Part shown: positions 22,451 through 32,518 of the stretch, one piece after another
Numbering within the stretch: the stretch's first letter is position 1
How the letters are laid out: each line of letters starts with the position of its first letter
Origin: Caecitellus pseudoparvulus
Lineage: Eukaryota; Protista; Bigyra: Bicosoecida
Reading direction: 5' to 3'
Length of the DNA: 64,000 nucleotides
Assembly (NCBI GenBank): GCA_965644315.1
Contig: CBFFRQ010000068.1
Span: 558,001-622,000, forward strand
Position numbers and translations under genes: made by a program
The notes under the pieces: generated by a model
Told to the model about the DNA's origin: nothing
Seen by the model: only the letters and a program-made list of their open reading frames with translations
Database searches by the model: none

Positions 22451-25400
22451 ATGGCGTTGTGTCCCAACCGCTGTGGCAGCCTGCTCAACGTGTTGTTTGC
22501 TCTTGCTTTTCTGGGCTTCTTCGCTTACTCGGGTAACCAGGTAGGAGAGCCCATGAGCCTGCGAAAGGTCCAAAAGGTGGCTCAATTACCGCTCCCGATT
22601 GCGCTCCAGATTGTTCACGTCATCTCACCACCGGCAAGTGCCAGCGGCTCTGGCACCATCAACCCCACCTGGAAGGTGCGCCATGCACTGAGGGGTGCAT
22701 TTCGCCGTGCTCAACTTCCACGCGTGTTCCGTACAGGTTGGAAGCCCGGTTCAGGTACTGGCCGCCCTGAGCACGCAGGCGACCAACGTCTCGCCTGAAC
22801 GCCTTCACTCAGCTGTCGTCGTGTTGAACGCCTCGTCAAGTTATGACTATGCCAGAGAGTCCCAAGCTGCCATTGACATAACTCTGGCACTCCCTCTTCA
22901 CGGGAAATTTCAGCCATCAAACCTGCTGCCTGGAGACTTGCCTGATCCGCACATCGACTCAGTGGCGCCCCCACCAGGGTCGCGCCAGGCCAAGGAAGCC
23001 TCCCGACTTCAAGCCTCCCTTCGCAGTGGTCATGCAGTGTTCTTGTGGGTTTGGCTTCAGCAGTTGGGTGGGACTTCACACCCGCGCTTGACGTCCGTCG
23101 TGCCCCTCATGATTCGCAAACCGTTCAAGCCGCCAGCTCACCGCAGCAAGCTGTGGGAGGCGGACCCCTCAGCTTGGCTAGGCTTTCGTCTTCTGGCATC
23201 TGTCCCGCCACCACCTGCCTGGTGGCCTGCAGAAGGCGCTGATACAGCCCAGTGGCTGGGTGCGGCAGACATTCGCGTATCCGTGGACACAACGCGGTAT
23301 CCGGCTGGAATGGCAGGCATGAATCCCTTCCAGCGCTCCCTGCTGTCTCAGAACCTGGTACATGCAGAGGGCTATGCACCCGCGCTCTCAGTCAACTCCA
23401 TCCGACCAGTGGCAGAGCGCAGGCGCTGGGCGCTGGCGGCCAACTCCAGCGCTGTGGCGCTGCCGCTGCACATCACAGCAACCTTCACTTCTCCGCAGCA
23501 GGCAAACCTGCTGCATATCATGGACGCCAGTCTCTCACAGCAGCAGGATCAGATGGGCCTGGCAGACTCTGACACGGACGATGTTGTGCGGCTACTGGTG
23601 GATACGCCGCTGTGGCTGTTGGGGCTGACCTTCCTCATTTCAGCCGTGCACCTCTGCCTTGACGTGCTGGCTTTCGCCAACGATGTCAGCTTTTGGAGTG
23701 CTGTGTCAACTTCCACCCTTTCCCGTCTCTCCTTGCGAGCGCTGGCTGCTGACCTGCTGTGCCAGAGCATCGTGGGGGCGTACCTGTGGCAGAATGCGGC
23801 CTCTGTCTTGCTGCTCATCCCAACCGCCCTTGGCATCGCTGTTGGAGCGTGGAAACTGTCCAAGACCCTTGCTAGTAGTCAAGGTGCTTCTTTCACCACC
23901 CCGGCCACGCCAAGTCAGCGGTACGATGCGGAGGCGGCGCAGTACATGCTATGGCTCCTTGCGCCGCTGTTGCTTGGTTGGGCAGCGTTTGCGTTGATTA
24001 TGAATGGTGCGTGCCTTTGCTCCGATGCCTCCACTTTCGCCAATGACGAGGAGGTAAAAGGGCTGACCAGTGGCAGCCACCTTGCGCTTGCAGCCTTGCT
24101 TCCCCTGCTCGTGTGTCTTGTGTTTACTGTTGTGTGTTGCTGCTGACAAGCTGGGTGGCGAAAACAGGCCACTGTGTGCGTGCTGACAGAAAGGCAAATC
24201 TGAGGCGATAAACTTAAATCCTGCCGGAAGCCAAGAATCAGCGTACTCTACTCAGCACCCCCGCCCTTCCCGCCCTTGCAGAACACCAAGGCTGGGGAGA
24301 CTATGCGCTGAGCACGGCAGTGGCGGCGGTGTACGCCTCCGGGTTTGCGCTGGCCTGCCCCCAGTTGCTCATCAACTACCGCCTAAAGTCTGTGGCGCAC
24401 ATGCCTTGGTCTGTGCTGTTCTACCGCTGGTGCAGCGTTTGCATTGGTGAGATGCGCCGGTGCCTGCCGAAGCCAAGCTGCGCCACCCATGCATGTGCCA
24501 CCCTTGCTGCCCACTTGCGCAGACGATGTCTTTGCATTCATCATCAAAATGCCGACATTGCACCGCCTTTCTGTGTTCCGTGACGACGTGGTGTTCCTCC
24601 TGTACCTGGCTCAGCGCTGGTACTACCCAGTTGATTCCGGGCGCACTGCCACCGTGACAGGGGAGGGGGAGCTGCCCCCACCCGCGGAAGCTGGACCCGC
24701 AAGCGATCATCCAAAGCCAAGGAAGGGTGCGTGCTCCGCAAGGGAAGCCTACGCGACGCTGTTGACGTCAGATTCGTTCCTGCCTGGGGTGCAGGCACTA
24801 GCGTTCAGCCTGCGCCGCTTTGACTCCACCAGGCCTCTGCTGGTGCTGCACACGCCAAGTGTCAAGCGCCACACACGCATTATGTTGTCCAGACTGCAAG
24901 GCGCGCAGTTAGTGCCAGTGGATGACATCCCCTGTCCACATGCGGAGCAAGTGCATGTGGACGGGTGGGTGAACTCTGGCTACACCAAGCTGCACATTTG
25001 GAGTCTCACTGACTGGCATCGCATCGTGTACCTGGATGCGGACACGCTTGTCATGGCTGACATATCTGATTTGTTCACCTGCCCCACCCCTGCAGCAGCT
25101 CCAGACGTCTTCCCTCCGGATAAGTTCAACGCTGGGGTACTTGCCATCACGCCCAGCACATCAGAGTTCGAGCGGCTGCGACGGGCAGTGCCCACAGCGC
25201 CTTCACACGATGGCGGGGACACAGGATTCTTGAACAGCATGTACCCTGGCTGGTTCTCGGGGGCAGAGGGTCACCGGCTGCCCTTCGGGGACAATGCCCA
25301 GCGCATCTTGCACTGGTTCACTGCCGAGCAAGCGCCTGGGTACTGGGAGGCTGTGCAGCCGCTCCGGGTGCTGCACTTCAGCAGCTCGCCAAAGCCCTGG

Positions 25401-25544
25401 GAAGGCGAGGGCGCCCGGCGCAAGGGGGAGCTGGAGATGCTCTGGTGGCGGACGTGGATGGCAAGCAAAGTGCCACCCGGGTTGGGGCAGCTTCTGGCGG
25501 GCGGAGGCGATGGCTCCGCGCCGCAGACAAATTCGTCAAAATGA
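22451..25544 (+). CDS. CLPTM1-family lipid scramblase fused in frame to a C-terminal glycogenin-like GT8 glycosyltransferase (870 aa; exons 22451-22540, 22610-22675, 22737-24006, 24282-24446, 24523-25544)
   Basis: CLPTM1 motifs: LAFANDVSFW, EHQGW, PQLLINYRLKSVAHMPW, DDVFAFIIKMP.LHRL..FRDDVVF.LYL.QRW.YPVD. GT8 motifs: EAYATLL, YTKLHIW, YLDADT, FNAGV, DGGDTGFLN, HF.SSPKPW. No stop between the domains and no Met before the GT8 first strand. Exon lengths sum to 2613 nt = 871 codons. Confidence 0.88.
24037..24208 (+). ncRNA. Intronic box C/D guide RNA (scaRNA-like), predicted to direct 2'-O-methylation of U5 snRNA G37 and U41 (human numbering)
   Basis: Terminal stem TCGCC/GGCGA; box C ATGACGA 24043-24049; D' CTGA 24063-24066; C' GTGCTGA 24180-24186; D CTGA 24200-24203. 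Guides GGTAAAAGG and GAAAGGCAAA are complementary to U5 loop 1 GCCUUUUAC. Long internal hairpin with a UG-rich apex. Lies in an unusually long 275-nt intron (24007-24281). Confidence 0.85.
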
Positions 25545-25639
25545 AACCCATCTAGCGCCTGCCGTGCATCTCCCACGAGCTGATGTATCAGTGAAGCACC
25601 CACGCCTTCGCTGCAAGTCCTCCCGCTTGAGCCAGCAAG

Positions 25640-26731
25640 ATGGCCGAATCGCGAGCAAAGCGCCGCAGGATGAGGCAGGAGGACGAGGACATTGGCCAGG
25701 ATGCTGCCGATCTCGCAGAGGAGATGGCGGCCGCTGGATTGGTCGCAGTTGTGCCGGGGAAAGTCGTGAACAACGTCGTGCGTGAGGGTGCTACGAGTGT
25801 TCCGTAGGGGTGCTTTCAGCCAATTTCCGCTCCCCACGCCGTCGCTCAGGCTGGCCTGAAAACCGCTCTGCGGGGCTTCCGCCAAAAGCTTCCCTGGATG
25901 GAGCGCTTGGATGTCACGTCAGGCGATCCTCTTGTCGTGCCTGATGTCAACGATGACCTCCAGCGCGAGCTGCAGTTGTGAGTGGCAAGCTGCCTGGCAC
26001 GCCTGCTAGTTCCTGGCTCAACCCTGCACGCTGCGCCCTGTTCTGCGCCTTTCCCCAGCTACAACCAGGCCCTGGCAGCAGTCAAGGCCGCTCGTACCGA
26101 GTGGGACCGCTTGGGCCACGTGCACTTCCGTCCAGACGACTACTTTGCGGAGATGCTCAAGTCAGACTCCCACATGACGAAGGTGAAGAAGCGCCTGCTT
26201 GCGGAGCAAAAGCGCATGGAGGCGTTCGAGGAGCGTCGGCGAGGCCAGGCGGCGCGCAAGTTCTCCAAGGCTGTGCAAGCCGAGCGCACCAAGTCCCGCG
26301 CTGCAGACAAGAAGAGCAGCATGGCAGCTATCGACGCCTGGCGCAAAACCAAGGCGAGTCGAGGCGGTGCGGTCGTGGACGAGGCGTCCTCTGCGCAGCT
26401 GGAGGCCATGCTGTCCAGCACAGGCCACGACATCAAGGCACCTGCAGTGGCAGCAGCACCCAAGCGTGGCGAGCCTGCGGGCAAGCCACGTTCCGCTGAA
26501 GCAGCGCGCCGGGCGGGTCGGCGCAGCTACAAGAATGCCAAGTACGGCTTTGGGGGCAAGAAGCGATTCGCCAAGAGCAACGATGCGAAGAGTTCCAACG
26601 ACCTGAGTGGCTTCAGCAGCAGCGCCAACCGAGCACTGCCTCGTGGCTTCAAGGGGACTCGCAAGCCCAGCGCATCTGGTGCTGCTCGACCTGGCAAGCG
26701 CAGGCGCGCAGCCATGCGGGGGGGCAAGTGA
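25640..26731 (+). CDS. EBP2: rRNA-processing protein Ebp2, two introns
   Basis: LPWMERLDVT..DVNDDLQRELQF|YNQAL..RPDDYFAEMLKSDSHM..KNAKYGFGGKKR..KSND motifs. Confidence 0.95.
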
Positions 26732-26846
26732 GCTCGTCAGGTGCGGGCTGATGGCAGCCCGGTTCGCTGTGCAGTGCATTGGGGCATGCGGGTGGCGCAG
26801 GGAGGCGCCGCTGGGCTCGCCATGCGCCACTTAACACCGATCCGCC

Positions 26847-28260
26847 TCAAACCAGGTTGCCTCGCTTGGCCTGCTCCCGTTCGATGGCTTCGAAGAGGGA
26901 CTTGAAGTTGCCTGCACCAAATCCTTGGTTACCTTCGCGCTGAATGACCTCCAGGAACACTGTGGGGCGGTCCTGCAGAGGCTGCGTGAACAGCTGCAGC
27001 AGGTATCCCTTGTCATCGAAATCCACTAGGATGTTGAGGGACTGAATCACGGCCAGATCCTCCTTGACCTTCACGCCTGCCGCGTCCATGCGCGCCTGCA
27101 GGGAGGCATAGTAGCTCTCGGGCACCTTGAGGAAGGACACGCCACGAGCGCGCAGGTGTGTGATGGCGTCGATGATGTTGTCCGTGCGCAGGGCAATGTG
27201 CTGCACACCCTTGCCACCATAGTGCTCCACGTACTCCTGGATCTGGCTCTTGCGCTTGCCAGCCGCAGGCTCGTTGATGGGCATCTTGATCACCTCGTCG
27301 TGGTCAGCCATGACGATGGAGCGCAGGCTGGAGTACTCGGTGTGGATCTGCTTGTCATCCACGCTCCAGAAGCGGTGGAACTGCAGCACCTTCTCGTAGT
27401 ACTCCACGACGGGCAGCATCTGCTGGTCGGGCATGTTGCCCACGACGTGGTCGATCACGCCCAATTTGGGGGAAGGCGTCACGCCAGCCAGGGGGTCCGT
27501 GGACTCCAACACCTTGAACCCAGGCAGGAAGGGGCCAGTGTACCCCGCCCGCTGCACAAAGGTGTGCACGGTGTCGCCGTACGTCTTGACGGTGGCCAAC
27601 ACCACGGTGCCGTGCTCGTCGCTCAGCTCGGCAGGCTCCCGCACCACCTCGGCGCCACGCGCCACGGCGCTCTCAAACAGCTTGCGGCAGTCCGTCACGG
27701 CAAAGGCGACGTCCTTCACGCCATCGCCGTGCTGGGCCATGTGCTCACCCATGTCAGCACCCAGCACCGGCTTCTGGGTCTCCTTCGGGTTGAGGGGGGA
27801 GCTGAACGCGAACAGGATCTGGGCAGCAGAGAAGCAGGCAGAGGCGGGGTGAAGGCATTCGTGGCGGGCAGGGAACACTGGCGCTGCACAGGGCCACGCA
27901 CGTCTCCCTGGCGCACCACCCATGTGGCACAGTCACGGTTGCCCGTCTCCAGGCCACTGTATGCCACTGGCTCGAAGCCAAAGCGCACGACGTACCAGCT
28001 GGCTGCGCACGCGTTCGGGCGATGGCCGAGTGAGGTGCACGTGACACGGGGCCAGCTTTCCCTCGCAATGAAGAACGCACCTGTCATCTTGGCGTTGCCA
28101 ACCCACCAGTGGACGTGGTCGAAACCAGTGAAGGAGCCATAGTCAGGCTGTGAAGCGGGGCACAGCGGCAGGTCAGACATGCATGCTGGCTGCATCGCAA
28201 GTGCAGTGCACTTGCAGGGCCGGCACGTACCTTGGGGCCGGTGGACTCGTAGGAGGTCAT
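26847..28260 (-). CDS. HPD: 4-hydroxyphenylpyruvate dioxygenase, three 5' introns
   Basis: MTSY..GPK|[83 protein letters not shown]. Confidence 0.97.
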
Positions 28261-28608
28261 GGTGGGCACTGGAGTGGCAAGGCGGGGGCTAGAAGGCAGG
28301 CTCGTGTGCTAGCGCGGCGGTGAGTCTTCTGTGGTGCTTGGAATGTAGATTGCGGCTCCGCTCTTCCGGTGCTGCCGACACGCTGATGTCTGGCGTGCTG
28401 ACGATGATGGGCCCGAGCAAGGACCGCCGCGTGCTCAATCTTCTGCTGCTTCGTTCAACCCGCCGTGCACGCTTACCAACATCCACCGGAAACCCTGCCC
28501 GTCTCCCCCACTGGAACCCGCTCACCTGTTCTTTTCCGTGCGTGCCAGCGCCGTTCGCTGGCCAGTGCAGGCGCGGCATTCACCCCCCGGCGTCTCTCTC
28601 CACAGACA

Positions 28609-29358
28609 ATGTTGGCACGTGCAGCAAGCATGGGCATCGCTACTGCCGGCGTGGCAGCTGCTGGCTTCAGCTTTGTGCGCTGCGCCAGCACCGCCGCGGC
28701 GACACAGGTGCGTAGTACAGGCGCGCGGAAATTGGGCGCCTGTGCAGGCCCCGCATCCAGCCCTGCGGCGCTCCCTGCAGGTGTTCCTTGACGTGAAGGT
28801 GGGCAAGGAGGAGCCTGGGCGCATTGTCTTCAAGCTGTACGGCGACGTCCCTAAGACTGTGAGTAAGCCCCCTGTTCGCTGTCGTGCCTGGCCCTTTGCA
28901 CACGTCACTGGCGCCACGCACAGGCTGAGAACTTCCGCGCACTGTGCACGGGCGAGAAGGGCGTGGGCAAGAGTGGCAAGCCTCTGCACTTCAAGGACAG
29001 CGCCTTCCACCGCGTAATCCCCGGGTTCATGTGCCAGGGCGGCGACTTCACCCGCGGCAACGGCACCGGCGGCGAGAGCATTTACGGCGCCAAGTTCGAG
29101 GACGAGAACTTCATCCACAAGCACACCAAGCCAGGCCTGCTGTCCATGGCCAACGCCGGCCCTGGCACCAACGGCTCCCAGTTCTTCATCACCACCGCGC
29201 CCACGCCCTGGCTGGACGGCGGGCACGTTGTGTTCGGGGAGGTCGTGTCCGGCATGGACACGGTGGAGGCCATGGAGGCGCAGGGCAGCCCCAACGGCAC
29301 CCCCCGCCAGCCCATTGTCATTGTGGACTGCGGAGAGGTGACTGAGGACCGGGCCTAA
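28609..29358 (+). CDS. Cyclophilin-type peptidyl-prolyl isomerase, probably mitochondrial; two introns
   Basis: Presequence-like [18 protein letters not shown], then [22 protein letters not shown]|[57 protein letters not shown]. Confidence 0.95.
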
Positions 29359-29422
29359 ATGCATGCATTCCGCTGCTCCCACACGGACAGCACCCCCCCC
29401 AAATGACCTGCAGCGGGGGAGG

Positions 29423-30498
29423 CTACTTGTGCCGGGTTGCCCCCCCCTCTCCACCTGCAGCAGCTGCTGGAGACCTGTTAGCGCTCGCACGGAGGTTGGC
29501 CAGGGCGCGGTTGGACTGTTGTGACACCTTCTCCAGAGAGTGGCCTGCCATGGCCAGCAACACCTCCGTGCCGCCCAGCTTCAACAGGCACTCTTTGTTG
29601 GCGGAGTCCACGCTGAGGTTGCGCAGGGCTCGTGCACACTGTGCCAGGAGCTCCCCATCCTGGGTCCCCTGCGCAGCAGCCAGGATCGGCTCCAGCCCCC
29701 CCTGCTCCCCGATGCTGCGTTCATTGTCATCGTTCACCGCCAGGTTTGCCAGGGCGGCGATGGCTTCCAGCCGCACTTTGGCATGGGGGGAGGCGGCATG
29801 CTGGATGAGAGGTGGAATGCCTCCCGCGGCAGCGATGCTGGCCTTGTTGTCTGAGTTGACACCCAGGTTGGCCAAGCCCTTGGCAGCTTGCTGCACTACT
29901 TTCTCCGACGTGCTGCCCAATAGCTTCACCAAGATGTCAATGCCGCCCTCTGCCGCAATGCTGGCTTGGTTGTCGGGGCTCACGCTCAAGTTGGCCAGGG
30001 CGTGCGCCGCCAAGCGCTGCACTTCTGTGTCTGGGCTTTCAGCCAGCGGCAGCAGCAGCTCCAGGCCGCCCAGCTTCACGATTTGCTCCCTCCGCTCGGC
30101 TGCGCAGGGGGGGGGCGAGCTCAATGAACAGCTGCAAGGTGGGGCGCTGCACCAGGCTTCCGTACGCTTCACTGCTTCGTTTGCTGTGACAGGCAGGCGA
30201 TGAAGGGGCTGTGACCAGCTTGAGGCGGCAGGCGGTAGCACATGCACTTACCCAGCCGCTCCGCGACAGGCCGCTGCAGGCCAGAGTGTGTGTCTTGTGC
30301 ATACACAATGAGGCGTTGCAGGTGCACCTTCATCACCTCCGCAAAGTCGCCCCCTGCGCGCACGAGGGAAGCAAACGTGTGGCGTTGGCACGCTGCCTGC
30401 ACCACCGGGCCCTGCAAGGTACCTTGCATGCTGGGCGTCTTCCCCACATCCCGCCCATCACTTGCAGATCCAGCAGCTGAGCTGGATGAAGACCCCAT
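29423..30498 (-). CDS. Short armadillo-repeat protein (Vac8-like), N-myristoylation-type start; three introns
   Basis: MGSSSS start; repeats GGLELLLPLA.S.DTEVQRLAAHALANLSV, GGIDILVKLL..QAAKGLANLGV, GGIPPLI..EAIAALANLAV. Confidence 0.85.
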
Positions 30499-31092
30499 GG
30501 TCTCCCTACCCGCCCCACGTTGGGGTGCGAATCAGTGATGAAGCCCCTGCGGAAATCGCTTTGAAGCCTTGCGCAGCACACGGCCTTCCCAGCAGGTAGC
30601 CCGGGTCAAGGCTTGGAACTGCAATGCTGCAGGGATAGCAAAAGCAGGCTAAGGTCTCGCACATTATGTTGTCGCCTTGATTTGCCCCGGCGCCGCAGCT
30701 GATCTGTGGGACTAGCGCTTCGGGTCAGCGTCATCTTGCCGCACTGCACGTGGAGCAGCATGAGCTGGACGTGAACGCTCAGATACGCACTCTGTGTGGC
30801 GTGATGAATCAGTCCCTGTCAGTGCAGCCCAGTCAGGCGAAGGCTTGCAGTCATCTGCACGCATCTAGAGCAGACAAGCAGGTGCCTTCCCCGTCACACC
30901 TCCTGGTGCACAAATCCAAAATATCTGACGAGTAGCCTCGACAGCTCACCTCAACAGGAGCTGCTTCGTTGCAAGTGGTGTCTGCCCAGTCCCCTTGCCT
31001 GCTGCAGACCCAGGGACAAACAGGCCTGCCTGCCGTCAGCAGGGCACAGCTCGCGCTTCGTCCCCAGTTCCACTAAGCACTCAGGACTGAAC

Positions 31093-32497
31093 ATGGCAGC
31101 TGGGGAGTTTTTGGAGACGCAGGCTGCATTGCATCCGGAGCTGGAGGCAGAGTACTTCGAGTTCAGGAAGCTGTTTAACCGCAAGTGCGTTGGCGTTGCG
31201 GAATTGGAGGCTGAAACGCCATCAACCCGCACGTGAAGAGCCGAAGCACGATGCCTGCATTGCTGCCACGCAGACTGTGGCACCAGCTGACAGTTGCTTT
31301 GGTGGAATTCACTGGCTCGCCCCAGAACAGCAAGGGGCAGAACTTTCTTGAGGTGCGCAGCAGGGCAGTCGCCGTCCTTCCCCACCACGCCAGCGTGCAC
31401 TGTCTGCCTTGCTGCTTCACAGCTGTATGAAGGGTTCGTGACGAAGTTTGCGCACAGGCTGAACCAGCTGGAGCTCACCCGTGTGACCGTGGCAGCAAGC
31501 TCACAACTGACTCCCTCCACACCGCCCTCTGCCACTGGTGCGTCGCGTGGTCCTGAGGCTGCACACCCCCTCATTGGCAGTGGCCTGGTGCCTTGCTCTG
31601 TGCGCAGAGCTGCAAGCTGGAGTAGAGTTCTTGGATAAGGCACGAGAGAAGCGTGGGGAGATCGGGGAGGAAGCATGGATCGTGCTGAGCATGGAGTCCG
31701 CCGCCCTGCGCATGGCAGGTGGAGGGGGCGGCTTGACGGAGGGCAAGGAGCTGATGGAAGAAGCCAAGGGCGCCCTAGAGGCACTGGCGTCAGCTGCACC
31801 CCTCGTGCACAGCACGGCATACCGAGTCGCTGCCGAGTACCACAAGCGCGTGGGGCCAGCTGAGGCGTTCTTTACTAACGCGCTGCTGTTCCTGAGCCAC
31901 ACGCCACAAGCGTCCCTGCCGCCGGCAGTTGCCGCAGACTGGGCAGCCTCCCTGGCCATGGCTGCTTTGGTGGGCAAAGACGTCTTCAACTTCGGGGAGA
32001 TCGTGGAGCACCCGATCCTGGCCGCTCTGGAAGGCACCCCAGATGCGTGGCTGACGGACCTGCTGGTGGCATTCCAGACCGGCGACATTGACTCCTTCAA
32101 CGCGCTGGTGTCGGACAACACAGAGGCGTTCCACGCCAACGCCGCCTTGCAACAGGGCCAGCAAACCATGAAGGAAAAGCTGACGCTGCTGTGTGTCATG
32201 GAGCTGGCTGCGAACCTGCCTGCCTCCCAGCGAACCATCCCCTTCGCCACCATCGCTGAAGCGACACGCCTGGGCCTGGAGCAGGTGGAGTGGCTGCTCA
32301 TGCGGGGCATTTCACTGGGCCTGATCAAGGCCACCATGGATGAGGTGGCGCAAACCGTCTCCATCACGTACGTGCGCCCCCGGGTGCTGCACCAGCCCCA
32401 AATCGCAGCACTGCAAGGCAAGGTGGCAGATTGGGCTGCACGTGTGAAGACCACCCTGGTCAGCGTGGAAGAGCAGACTGGCGAGTTGTTCACGTGA
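31093..32497 (+). CDS. PSMD13: 26S proteasome lid subunit Rpn9 (PCI domain), three introns
   Basis: FNRK|LWHQLT..LYEGFV..LNQL..AALVGKDVFNFGEIVEHPIL..EKLTLLCVMEL..VEWLLMRGISLGLIK..VRPRVL. Confidence 0.95.
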
Positions 32498-32502
32498 CGC
32501 AG

Positions 32503-32512
32503 CAATGCATTG
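32503..32512. terminator. Palindromic CAATGCATTG: candidate bidirectional polyadenylation signal shared by convergent PSMD13 and Hook
   Basis: Occupies the 21-bp gap between the two stop codons and gives AATGCA on both strands. The same hexamer follows 14 of 24 stop codons in the window. Confidence 0.6.
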
Positions 32513-32518
32513 CCAGAA

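Noticed and set aside
30535-30930. Intergenic GTGATGA...CTGA boxes between the Vac8-like gene and PSMD13 as C/D snoRNAs
   Set aside because: No clear terminal stem and no recognisable rRNA or snRNA complementarity before the CTGA.
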